From Heptranchias perlo (Eukaryota): a DNA stretch of 64,000 bases. The stretch is from the NCBI RefSeq assembly GCF_035084215.1, contig NC_090330.1:3782001-3846000 (forward strand), in the 5' to 3' direction. Of this stretch, positions 1 through 12,200 are shown piece after piece; position 1 is the first letter of the stretch; every line of letters begins with the position of its first letter. The position numbers and the translations under genes are program-made. The notes beneath the pieces were generated by a model. It saw only the letters and a program-made list of their open reading frames with translations, did no database searches and was not told the DNA's origin.

Positions 1-212
1 GTGGAACTCGCTCCCACAAGGAGTAGTTGAGGTGAATAGTGTAGATACATTTAAAGGGAAGCTAGATAAACACATGATGGAGAAAGGAATAGAAGGATAT
101 GCTGATAGGGTGAGATGAAGTAGGGAGGGAGGAGGCTCGTGTGGAGCATAAACACCGGCATGGACCGATTGGCCTGTTTCTGTGCTGTAAATTCTATGTA
201 ATTCTACGTAAT
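1..212 (+). mobile_element. CR1-type LINE 3' end fragment
   Basis: Begins at the WNSLP-encoding end of ORF2 (tggaactcgctccca) and ends in an (attctatgta)-like tail; nearly the same as the minus-strand copy at 15878-16100. Confidence 0.8.
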
Positions 213-1289
213 CTGAAAACTATCCGGTAACATCACTTGTCATTTTCAGGCACCGGCAGGACTGACATGTTTTTGCAGCGTTTTTTTTTGTTTTTACAGA
301 ATTGATCTTTCAGTTATCTTTAACCCATGCTGCAGTGTGAATTTTAACTGTCCTCTCCCTGGCAGTCTTTAAAGCCGTAAAATTCTGCTCAGCAGCCACT
401 TAACCATAACCGCTGCCCCGTCGTATCGGTCACCGCCTATAGTGGGCAAATCACGTTTGCATGATCACGGCCATTATAAACGGCAGGGACTGCAATTCAA
501 ACCTGTCTGTGTTTGTTCCTGACTTGCTGTGTTTTTAATGCCCTGTTTGAATTTGGTGTTGTTGGCTGTCTCACAGTTGAATAACTGCTGAATCGGAAAA
601 TCTAGATCAGTTAGTAGCAGCAACTTAAGACATAAATATTCATTAATGGGAATAGGGACGTACATTTTATATCTGGCAACCAATACTGCAGGTTCGCCAT
701 CCATTCCTCTCAGATTCTGCTGTGTTAACCCAAATGCAGGTAACTATAGCCCACTATTGAGATATAGCCTTGGAGAGCTCACAGTAAATATTAAATGAGA
801 GCAGTTAATGTATTTTCCAGCATTTATAAAACTTTCTGCTCAGAGGTCTGTAAGACCCATTATCAGCCTCCTTGTATTTGTTGGCATGTTTATATCCCCT
901 CCCTTCACTCATTGTTCTCCCTTTCCTCTCTTTGTTTATGTTGGTCCTTCCTTCCTATTGCTAGTTCCAACGGAGGGTCCGCTCCCGAGACATTAATGCA
1001 GCCCCTTCCTCTTTACAGAAACAGAGAGTGACGGAGACGCTCAGTGGGTCGGGCAGCACCAGTGGAGAGTCCAGACGTGTTGATGTGTTTCAAGTGTGGT
1101 CTCTTCATCAGACCTTCCTCTTTACAGACTTTCCAGCACTTTCTGTTTCTCACCCCCACCCCTCCCCTCCCCCAACATTCTACTCTTTGAAGGACCAGAG
1201 GGGTAAATTTTCTACTGGGCTTCCGGGCGTAAATCTGGCATTGCGGATCGACCGCCCGTTATAGAAAAACACTCGATTTTCCTTTCAAT

Positions 1290-2100
1290 AACAACTTGCG
1301 TTTACACAGCACCTTTAACATAGGAAAACGTCCCAAGGCACATCACAGGAGAGTAAATCAGACAAAAAATTGACACCAAGCCAAAGAAAGAGACATTAGG
1401 ACAGGTGACCAAAAGCTTGGTCAAAGAGGTAGGTTTTAAGAAGCGTCTTAAAGGAGGAGAGAGAGGCGGAGAGGTGGAGAGGTTTAGGGAGGGAATTCCA
1501 GAGTTTAGAGCTTAGACAGCTGAAGGCACGGCCGCCAATGGTGGGGGTGAAGGAAGTGGGGGATGCACAAGAAGCAAGAATTGGAAGAGCACAGAGATCT
1601 CGGAGGGTTGTAGGGCTGGAGGAGGTCACAGAGATAGGGAGGGGGTGAGGACCATGGAGGGATTTAAACACAAGGATGAGAATTTTTTAAATTGAGGCAT
1701 TGCCGGACCGGGAGCCAATGTAGGTCAGCGAGCTCAAGGGGTGATGGGTGAACGGGACTTGGTGCGAGTTAGGATACGGGGCAGCAGAGTTTTGGATGAG
1801 CTGAAGTTTATGGAGGGTGGAAGATGGGAGGCCGGCCAGGAGAGCATTGGAATAGTCAAGTCTGGAGGTAATAAAGGCGTGGGTGAGGGTTTCAGCAACA
1901 GACGAGCTGAGGCAGGGGCGGAGACGGGCGATGTTACGGAGGTGGAAGTAGGCGGTCTTGGTGACGGAAAGCACATGGGGTCAGAAGCTCAGCTCAGGGT
2001 CCAATAGGACGCTGAGGTTGCGAACGGTCTGGTTCAGCCTGAGACAGTGGCCGGGGAAGGGGTTGGAATCGGTGGCGAGGGGACAGAGTTTGTGGTGGGC
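1290..2100 (-). mobile_element. L2-type LINE 3' fragment
   Basis: Minus-strand peptides TAYFHLRNIARLRPCL, SRLDYSNALLAGLP, LQLIQNSAA and GGRAFSCLSSKLWNSLP, typical of the L2 ORF2 C-terminus; tail aaaggtgctgtgtaaacgcaagttgtt. Confidence 0.85.
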
Positions 2101-2504
2101 CACAGTAGAAAGGAAAATCAGGCGGTTTCTACAAGGGGCAGATGATCCGCGGCGTCAATTTTACCCCGGGGCGGGAAGTTGTTAATCAACCTGAGCGTTC
2201 TTATGTTTGGGGGCACAGAGAAGCTGTGCCTTTTCCTCCATGGTGATATCACACACTTGACGTGACGACACGATTCCAACCGACCCAATGACCCCGTTCG
2301 TGACCCAAACACACCATATGATTTGACAGCATCAAGGCGTCACAGTGCCAGGCAAACAGAATGAAAACTAGTCCCCCAGCTTTTAATAGATAATGCTACT
2401 TCAAACTGAAATACAAGGTATGACATAGAATCACAGAGAATTTACAGCACAGAAACAGGTCAGTCGGCCCAACTGGTCTATGCCGGGGTTTATGCTCAAT
2501 ATCT

Positions 2505-2850
2505 AGGCCGAAACTCCAGTGCCGCACTGGGAGTGCTGAACAGTCAGAACAGCCGTCTTTAAACTGAGGTCCCGTCTGCCCTCTCAGGTGGACATAAAAG
2601 ATTCCATGGCACTAATTCGAAGAAAAGCAGACAAGTTCCCTCCGGTGTCCTGACCAATATTGATCCCTCAACCAACATCGCTAAAACAGATGATCTGGTC
2701 ATTAACACATTGCTGTTTGTGGGATCTTGCTGTGCGCAAATTGGCTGCCGCCTTCCCCTACATTACAACAGTGACCACACTTCATTGGCTGTAAAGCGCT
2801 TTGGGACGTCCTGAGGTTGTGAAAGGCGCTATAGAAATGAAAGTTCTTTC
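2505..2850 (+). mobile_element. Deu-domain SINE (SacSINE1/AmnSINE-like), 5' truncated
   Basis: Matches the full copy at 61250-61685: central taaaagattccatggcac...cttgctgtgcgcaaattggctgcc block and L2-like tail gtgaaaggcgctatagaaatg. Confidence 0.75.
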
Positions 2851-3889
2851 TTTACAAATAACCAAACAGAGGAAATCTTCCCCTCCCCATAAGGGTGTCA
2901 CACCTGTATTGCCTTTATATCAATCTTCTCTCATTTTCAGTCATTTCTCATGTTTTTTGAGGGTTGCAGCTTGGGATCTGAAGTAATCTCAAAGACCTCA
3001 GCAAGTTATTTTTCAGCCCACAGCCCTGTCAAATCTCGCTCATTAGGAGTTTTAAAAAAGTGTGATCCAACCATTTGGAAACGGGTTTGGCAGCTATTTC
3101 GCTGTGACATTTCCTGCACACTCTGAACTGATAGAATGTATTAACTTATCTTTCGGATGCAGATTCCTTTCCACGTCAGAACTTCTGCAATGGTTTTATT
3201 TGACTTTTTTTGGGGGGGGTGGGGGGGGGGATAAAACAGTAAACTCCAAATATTCACCTCAGAAACAACCCGGTCAAAATACAGAAAGAGGAGGTTTGAC
3301 AACAGCTCGCTGAACTATTTTGTCCTGTTGTTTCTGAAGGATGTAGAGGTGGGAAATCGCGTTTATCCCACCGTGCAATTAATTCCCTGTCTTTTAAAGC
3401 CCAGGATTTAAACTCGGCATAAATGTAAAAGTCGCTCTGCAAAAAAAAAAAATCTCAGATCAACGTGCAAAGTCCAAGCCCATAAAAGAAAGCGAGAGAA
3501 TCGATAATAAAGTCTAGAATTATAATTCCCATCACAGCAGCTCTCTCTCTCTCTCTCTCTCATTTTCTAGGACTTTATTTTAGTTTTAATTTGCAATGAG
3601 CACAGTCAAAGGTTAGAATCGCTCGAAACATTTTACTCACGGCTCCCAATCGACTTTCCCCGGGAAACCTGCTCAGTCAGGGTTTGAAATTGAGTCGGAA
3701 GGAGTTGAGAAGTTTGTAAGTGTCTGGGAGAGGGTGGGAGAGGGTGTGTTTAACAAACTTTATCCATTCAGGAACAAGGAAAGAGAGAGAGAGAGAACAT
3801 TGGCACACACACTACTGACTGGCGGGTGTGAAGATTTGTTCTTCTGGAAAACTTTATTGTTGGGAACTGATGGATTATAATGTAGTTAG

Positions 3890-4560
3890 ACTCTTACAGC
3901 ATAGAAGGAGGCCATTCGGCCCATCGTGCCTGTGCTGGCTGTTTGAAAGCACTATCCGGTTAGTGCTCATCTGCTGCTGAAACCCTCCTCCGTGCCTTTG
4001 TCACCTCCAGACTCGACTATTCCAATGCTCTCCTGGCCGGCCTCCCATCTTCCATCCTCCGTAAACTTCAGCTCATCCAAAACTCTGCTGCCCCCGTATC
4101 CTAACTCGCTGCAAGTCCCGTTCACCCATCACCCCCCTTGTGCTCGCTGACCTACATCGGCTCCCGGTCCACATCTGGAACGCGCTGCCTTGAAAGGGCG
4201 GTGGAAGCAAATTCAATCGTAACTTTCAAAAGGGAATTGGGTAAATAGTTGAAAGGGAAAAATTTGCAGGGCTGTGGAGAAAGAGCAGAGGGAGTGGGAC
4301 TAATTGGATAGCTCTTTCGAAGAGCCAGCACAGGCACGATTAGCTGAATGGCCTCCTTCTGCACTGTAAGATTCTATGATTCTATAAAGTATTTATCCGA
4401 TTCCCTTTTGAAAGTTATTATTGAATCTGCTTCCACCGCCCTTTCAGGCAGCGCGTTCCAGATCATCACAACTCACTGATTAAAAAAATGTTTCCTCATC
4501 TCCCCCTCTGGTTCCTCTCCCGATTATCTTAAATCTATGTCCTCTGGCTACCGACCCTCC
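3890..4560. mobile_element. Mosaic of CR1 and L2 fragments in both orientations
   Basis: CR1 tail (minus) ~3890-3965, L2 piece (SRLDYSNALLAG) ~3968-4170, CR1 3' end (plus) ~4172-4385, CR1 (minus) ~4387-4560. Confidence 0.7.
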
Positions 4561-4949
4561 CAATTATGTCCTCACCCAATGTCTGCCTTCGCTTTCAGTT
4601 AGGGTTCTTGCATAACTAACGCTCATTGTGCAAGTCACCATCAAGGAGAAGGTGACTTAAGTGATGAAGAAGAACCAAATCTTGTTTTTATAATTTGTTT
4701 TTGCGATATGGGCGACACCGGCTTTGACACATTCACGGCCCATCCTTGGTTCTCCTGAGAAGATTGGGGTGAGCTTTCTCCTTGGTGCTCCCACAATGAG
4801 TTGCAAAAGCCTCTGTACCTAACTGATATCCAATGTATGCCTCCTTTGACCCCCAAATGTTTAGCTTCTACATTGAATTGATCCCCATTGCAGATTTCTC
4901 TATCGTGTCGTTTACTGATCCTTATTGTGTGCCTTATGCGTCCAATGGA

Positions 4950-5480
4950 ACGTTAGGAACAGGGGTAGGCCATTGAGCCCCTCGAGCCTGTTCTGCCATT
5001 CAATAAGATCGTGGCTGATCTGTACCTCAACTCCATTTGCCTTGGTTCCGTATCCTTGACACCCCTTACCTAACAAAAATTTATCGATCTCAGTCTTGAA
5101 AGCTCCAATTGACCCCCAGCATCCACAGCCTTTGGGGGAGAGAGTTCCAGATTTCCACTCCCCTTTGTGCAAAACAGTCCTTCCTGATTTCACTCCCGAA
5201 CGGCCCAACTCTAAGTTTGAGGCTGTGATCCCTTGCTCCCGATTCCCCCCACCAGAGGAAATAGTTTCTCCGTATCTGCTTTATTGAATCCCTTTATCAT
5301 TTTAAACCCTTCAATCAGATCGCCCCCTCCATCTTCTAAAGTCAAGCGAATACAAGCCGAGTTTACGCAATCTGTCCTCATAATTTAACCCTTTAAGCCC
5401 CGGTCTCATTCTGATGAATCTGTGCTGTTACTCCCTCCAAGGCCAATATATCCTTCCTGAGATGTGGTGCCCAAATTGAC
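4950..5480 (-). mobile_element. CR1-type LINE 3' fragment
   Basis: Minus peptide AFKTEIDKFLLGKG...GYG and a 3' UTR shared with other CR1 copies in the window. Confidence 0.75.
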
Positions 5481-5943
5481 TGTCCTTTAAGTCTCACTGA
5501 TCACCACTGAGTATTCCTAACATCCTACTGATCCAGTTGGATATCCCTCAAATGCACCGATATCCATCTTGTACTATCTATCGCATCCTAATCTGCACAT
5601 GCCTTCCTTTTAAACTTCACCCTTTCCAGACTGTGTGAATAGTTTAAAACAAACTATTTAATCATACGTTGGTTTACAAATTGTTAACTGCTAAGAATTT
5701 ATTGTGTTCCAAATTTTGACTTCAAGATATGACTTCTGGCAGGGATCTTCAGTGACCCATAACAAGTCACTGGAAATCCCCCACCAGAACAGTGCTGGCT
5801 AGGATCATGAGGACAAATAACTTACATAGTATTGTCAAGAGGTGAAGCCAAGTTGAGACAAGGTCACCGTTGCACAGATGGGATTAATTCATCAATGTGC
5901 GTCTACAGATCTTTAATGAATGCAACAGCACTTATTGTCCTGT

Positions 5944-6306
5944 CATGTTCATGTCACGCTACACGTAACCCCACCAGCGAACAAATGTTATCTGTTTTTA
6001 ATATAACGGGTCAGTTGCTGTCTTTTCTATGTTTCTACCTCTCTATCTCTGTTTTTTTTTGGTGATTTGTATATTCTGAGACCTGGCAGGTAACACCTGT
6101 CTGTCTGCACACTGATTGCCTTGGCAACAGGCAGTTGAAAAAACTGTCTGTTATCACCAAGCATTGTTCTGTGAATTATAAATGCGACTTCATTTCGAGG
6201 ACTTCATTTCCACATCGTTCACCTGAGGAAGGAGGTAGCCTCCGAAAGCTTGTGAATTTAAAATAAAATTGCTGGACTATAACTTGGTGTTGTAAAATTG
6301 TTTACA
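5944..6306 (+). mobile_element. Penelope-like element terminal (pLTR) fragment
   Basis: Flanked by the 10-bp direct repeat ATTGTCCTGT (5934-5943, 6307-6316); homologous to 28822-29266, which keeps the GIY-YIG C-terminus; contains a hammerhead motif. Confidence 0.8.
6218..6256 (+). ncRNA. Minimal type I hammerhead ribozyme
   Basis: UUCAC-CUGAGGA-A-GGAGG(UAG)CCUCC-GAAA-GCUU-GUGAA: catalytic core CUGANGA/GAAA, stem I UUCAC/GUGAA, stem II hairpin, palindromic AAGCUU at stem III. Confidence 0.8.
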
Positions 6307-6326
6307 ATTGTCCTGTGGGACATCTG

Positions 6327-6733
6327 TCGAGTTGGCAACTCTGGTTTGACATGTTCCAGGAGGTTTCATTACACATCCTCCCACGTCCACCCCGCCCCCT
6401 CACCACCCACCCCCCCACAACGGTCCCGCCATTGGTCTCCTCACACATCCATCCTCGCAGCACACCTTCTTCCCACGGCCAATCGGAAAGCGAATAAACT
6501 CTCCCATTACCCGATTGGATGAATCTTGACTGACAGTCAAACAGCCTTTATTCCCATCGGCAGTATTTTAATAACTAATAATTAAAGGTGTTTAAAGACA
6601 GTAAAAAAAAATACCATTTGTTTTAATGACCCGATGATTTTTCTCCCCGGGTGTTTTGCTCCCAGCAGTATCCTGGAGATTAATCTTTCATTCCCGGAGA
6701 TTCCAGGATGATCCTGGAGGTTTGGCGACCCTA
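6327..6733 (-). mobile_element. Non-autonomous DNA transposon (hAT/Blackjack-like MITE)
   Basis: Degenerate terminal inverted repeats of the TAGGGTTGCCAAC type; reverse-orientation homologue of 28614-29499. Confidence 0.6.
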
Positions 6734-7734
6734 GACATATATAGTCAAGGCAGGAAGAAATGGAAGAGGGTTTTTTTATACTGATGAACTCTGGTGAAGG
6801 GACTAATTTCCACGACCTCCCGCCCCCACTCTCCCGGCGCGGACTCGATGGGCCGAATGGCCTCCTTCCGTGCTGTGACCTTTCTACGATTCCAGCTTCG
6901 GGACATCAGCCAGGTTGAAGGCAGGAGGAGAGAATATGAAGTAAATCAAAAAGTAAACTTTCCAGGTTGAAAAGCAAACTTTCTCCAGTCTTTCCTCATA
7001 ACTCTGGGGCTCAGTCTCGGGACTCTTTCTCTGCACTGCCTCTGGCACTTGACGTTCTCAGGAGACGCCATTAGATCGGCACTGAACTCTCGACTTTTGC
7101 TGCGCAGCGGCCTGGAGTTATACTGCAGTCAGCGCGGACCCTAAGCGGTGTAAGATGAGCTCATGAAGGAGACCTCACCCAGCCTTCTGGACGTCGCTAA
7201 TTGTAATGTGTCAGCATGAAGACAATGGCCTCAATCTTACAGGGAGGGCGGAAGGGAATTCTCCAGATGTGTGGGCAACATCCTTCTCCCAACCAACACC
7301 ACCAAACGCTGGTCATTGATCTCGTTTGCTGTCTGTAGGGTCTTGCTGTGCGCAAATTGGCGGCAGCGTTTACTTAGCTGACAACAGAAACCGCACTTCA
7401 GAAATAATTCACTGATATAATTTCTTTACGACTGCTTTTGCATCGATGCAGGTGTGCACTGAAGTGAAGAGGACTAGAACTTGGGAGTCCGGTGGGTGAT
7501 CAGGCGACACAGCGTTCCAAACCAGAAGACATTAGGCCTCCTTTAGTAAGCGGTCTCATGGTGAAATTGGCCAATAACTACAACATCCGTGCAAACCAAC
7601 ACCGGGATGTTGCATTGTAAATCCAGAGTCAAGAACTGACTTGATTCTGAAGTGAAACAGGGTGAGACTCCCTCCTCCAGATAGTCTAGCTATGCAGTGA
7701 CTCCTGCTGCACGTGTGTGTGTGTACAAAAAACA

Positions 7735-8190
7735 GGCCTTAGAGAGAGTATAGAGGAGATTTACTAGAATGGTACCAGGGATGAGGGACTTCAGTTACGT
7801 GGAGAGACTGGAGAAGCTGGGATTGTTCTCCTTAAAGCAGAGAAGGTTAAGAGGAGATTTAATTGAGGTCTTCAAAATCATGACTTGTTTACATAAAGTA
7901 AATAAAGAGAAACTGTTTCCAGTGACAGAAGGGTCGTTAACCAGAGGAGTCATTTTCCTACGCAGCGAGTTGTTATGATCTGGAATGCGCTGCCTGAAAG
8001 GGTGGTGGAAGCAGATTCAATAGTAACTTTCAAAAGGGAATTGGATAAATACTTGAAGGGGAAAAATTTGCAGGGCTACAGGGAAAGAGCAGGGGGAGTG
8101 GGACTAATTGGATAGCTCTTTCAAAGAGCCGGCACAGGCACGATGGGCCGAATGGCCTCCTTCTGTTCTGCACCATTCTATGATTCCATG
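7735..8190 (+). mobile_element. CR1-type LINE 3' fragment
   Basis: [38 protein letters not shown]; tail attctatgattccatg. Confidence 0.85.
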
Positions 8191-8384
8191 TGATTGCAAT
8201 GCCTCCCATGACTGAAAGCCTGCTGACAGTCACTATCAAGTGTGACACATGAAGGCCAATGTACCAGAAGATAACAGGCACCTGTGTAACTGTGTAAATT
8301 TGCCCCAGTTAGGAATCAGCGCCTTGAGGGGAGGAAGAAAAGAGAGAAAATTGACACAGAACAAGACGGAGGAAGGGAAGTAAA

Positions 8385-8810
8385 ATGAAATTGGGGTTGT
8401 ATTCTCTAGAGTTTCGAAGGTTAAGGGGTGATCTGATCGAAGTTTATAAGATATTAAGGGGAACAGATAGGGTGGATAGAGAGAAACTATTTCCGCTGGT
8501 TGGAGATTCTAGGAGTAGGGGGCACAGTCTAAAAATTAGAGCCAGACCTTTCAGGAGCGAGATTAGAAAACATTTCTACACACAAAGGGTGGTAGAAGTT
8601 TGGAACTCTCTTCCGCAAACGGCAATTGATACCAGCTCAATTGCTAAATTTAAATCTGAGATAGATAGCCTTTTGGCAACCAAAGGTATTAAGGGATATG
8701 GGCCAAAGGCAGGTATATGGAGTTAGATCACAGATCAGCCATAATCTTATCAAATGGCGGAGCAGGCACGAGGGGCTGAATGGCCTACTCCTGTTCCTAT
8801 GTTCCTATGA
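8385..8810 (+). mobile_element. CR1-type LINE 3' fragment (young subfamily)
   Basis: [22 protein letters not shown]...VWNSLP; (gttcctat)n tail; nearly identical to the minus-strand copy within 39000-40131. Confidence 0.85.
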
Positions 8811-9224
8811 AACGTCTTGCTCCTTAAACGAATCACGGTGTAATATTTACTGGCTTTTCCTTAAATTAAAATGCGCCAAGGACACAGACGTACAGCACCT
8901 TTTAATGAGGGTTGTGTGGAGTAGGGTAAGTTTGATGCTGTGTAAGTAAAAAGTTAGTTGAGTTGAGGGCTTTCTATCCGGAGACGCCAGGTTCTGTGTA
9001 ACTGCGCTCTCTGCTGGAGGAAAGCAGATTGTACAGGAGCACAAAGCTAGTTTTATGTGGACTGTCCATTGACACCACTGTGTCAGCCAATGAATTGGAG
9101 GCGGGGCAGGACTTAAGGCAGGACTCACAGCCAACAGTCTATTTTACAACAATCAAAGTCTATTTTGGTTAGCAAACAGAGTCTCTTTCAACAGCGCACG
9201 ACATCAAGTCGATTTAAAAAGAGT

Positions 9225-12200
9225 CTCAGCAATGTGGTTGATTCTTAATTGCCCTCTGAAATGGCCAAGCAAGCCACTCAGTTGTAAAATCTCGCTACGA
9301 AAAGTCATAATAAGAATAAAACCGGACGGACCACCCGGCATCGGACCACTAGGCACCGGACACGACAACGGCAAAACACCAAGCCCAGTCGACCCTGCAA
9401 GGTCCTCCTTACTAACATCTGGGGACTTGTGCCAAAATTGGGAGAGCTGTCCCACAGACCAGTCAAGCAACAGCCTGACATAGCCATACTCACAGAATCA
9501 TATCTTTCAGCCAACGTCCCAGACTCTTCCATCACCATCCCTGGGTATGTCCTGTCCCACCGGCAGGACAGACCCACCAGAGGTGGCGGTACAGTGATAT
9601 ACAGTCAGGAGGGAGTGGCCCTGGGAGTCCTCAACATTGACTCTGGACCCCATGAAATCTCATGGCATCAGGTCAAACATGGGCAAGGAAACCTCCTGCT
9701 GATTACCACCTACCGTCCTCCCTCAGCTGATGAATCAGTCCTCCTCCATGTTGAACACCACTTGGAGGAAGCACTGAGGGTAGCAAGGGCACAAAATGTA
9801 CTCTGGGTGGGGGACTTCAATGTCCATCACCAAGAGTGGCTCGGTAGCACCACTACTGACCGAGCTGGCCGAGTCCTGAAGGACATAGCTGCTAGACTGG
9901 GCCTGCGGCAGGTGGTGAGCAAACCAACACGAGGGAAAAACTTACTTGACCTCGTCCTCACCAATCTACCTGTCGCAAATGCATCTGTCCATGACAGTAT
10001 TGGTAGGAGTGACCACCGCACAGTCCTCGTGGAGATGAAATCCCGTCTTCGCACTGAGGACACCATCCAACGTGTTGTGTGGCACTACCACCGTGCTAAA
10101 TGGGATAGATTCAGAACAGATCTAGCAGCTCAAAACTGGGCCTCCATGAGGTACTGTGGGCCATCAGCAGCAGCAGAATTGTATTCCAGCACAATCTGTA
10201 ACCTCATGGCCCGGCATATTCCTCACTCTACCATTACCAACAAGCCAGGGGATCAACCCTGGTTCAATGAGGAGTGTAGAAGAGCATGCCAGGAGCAGCA
10301 CCAGGCGTACCTAAAAATGAGGTGCCAACCTGGTGAAGCTACAACTCAGGACTACATGCATGCTAAACAGCGGAAGCAACATGCTATAGACAGAGCTAAG
10401 CGATTCCACAACCAACGGATCAGATCAAAGCTCTGCAGTCCTGCCACATCCAGTCGTGAATGGTGGTGGACAATTAAACAACTAACGGGAGGAGGAGGCT
10501 CTGCAAACATCCCCATTCTCAATGATGGCGGAGTCCAGCACGTGAGTGCAAAAGACAAGGCTGAAGCGTTTGCAACCATCTTCAGCCAGAAGTGCCGAGT
10601 GGATAATCCATCTCAGCCTCCTCCCGATATCCCCACCATCACGGAAGCCAGTCTTCGGCCAATTCGATTCACTCCACGTGATATCAAGAAACGGCTGAGT
10701 GCACTGGATACAGCAAAGGCTATGGGCCCCGACAACATCCCAGCTGTAGTGCTGAAGACTTGTGCTCCAGAACTAGCTGCGCCTCTAGCCAAGCTGTTCC
10801 AGTACAGCTACAACACTGGCATCCACCCGACAATGTGGAAAATTGCCCAGGTATGTCCTGTCCACAAAAAGCAGGACAAATCCAATCCGGCCAATTACCG
10901 CCCCATCAGTCTACTCTCAATCATCAGCAAAGTGATGGAAGGTGTCGTCGACAGTGCTATCAAGCGGCACTTACTCACCAATAACCTGCTCACCGATGCT
11001 CAGTTTGGGTTCCGCCAGGACCACTCGGCTCCAGACCTCATTACAGCCTTGGTCCAAACATGGACAAAAGAGCTGAATTCCAGAGGTGAGGTGAGAGTGA
11101 CTGCCCTTGACATCAAGGCAGCATTTGACCGAGTGTGGCACCAAGGAGCCCTAGTAAAATTGAAGTCAATGGGAATCAGGGGGAAAACTCTCCAGTGGCT
11201 GGAGTCATACCTAGCACAAAGGAAGATGGTAGTGGTTGTTGGAGGCCAATCATCTCAGCCCCAGGGCATTGCTGCAGGAGTTCCTCAGGGCAGTGTCCTA
11301 GGCCCAACCATCTTCAGCTGCTTCATCAATGACCTTCCCTCCATCAAAAGGTCAGAAATGGGGATGTTCGCTGATGACTGCACAGTGTTCAGTTCCATTC
11401 GCAACCCCTCAGATAATGAAGCAGTCCGAGCCTGCATGCAGCAAGACCTGGACAACATCCAGGCTTGGGCTGATAAGTGGCAAGTAACATTCGTGCCAGA
11501 TAAGTGCCAGGCAATGACCATCTCCAACAAGAGAGAGTCTAACCACCTCCCCTTGACATTCAATGGCATTACCATCGCCGAATCCCCCACCATCAACATC
11601 CTGGGGGTCACCATTGACCAGAAACTTAACTGGACCAGCCATATAAATACTGTGGCTACAAGAGCAGGTCAGAGGCTGGGTATTCTGCAGCAAGTGACTC
11701 ACCTCCTGACTCCCCAAAGCCTTTCCACCATCTACAAGGCACAAGTCAGGAGTGTGATGGAATACTCTCCACTTGCCTGGATGAGTGCAGCTCCAACAAC
11801 ACTCAAGAAGCTCGACACCATCCAAGATAAAGCAGCCCGCTTGATTGGCACCCCATCCACCACCCTAAACATTCACTCCCTTCACCACCGGCGCACTGTG
11901 GCTGCAGTGTGCACCATCCACAGGATGCACTGCAGCAACTCGCCAAGGCTTCTTCGACAGCACCTCCCAAACCCGCGACCTCTACCACCTAGAAGGACAA
12001 GGGCAGCAGGCGCATGGGAACAACACCACCTGCACGTTCCCCTCCAAGTCACACACCATCCCGACTTGGAAATATATCGCCGTTCCTTCATTGTCGCTGG
12101 GTCAAAATCCTGGAACTCCCTTCCTAACAGCACTGTGGGAGAACCGTCACCACACGGACTGCAGCGGTTCAAGAAGGCGGCTCACCACCACCTTCTCGAG

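Noticed and set aside
9305-12172. Multiple antisense and alternate-frame ORFs over the LINE
   Set aside because: Shadows of the APE-RT ORF without independent motifs
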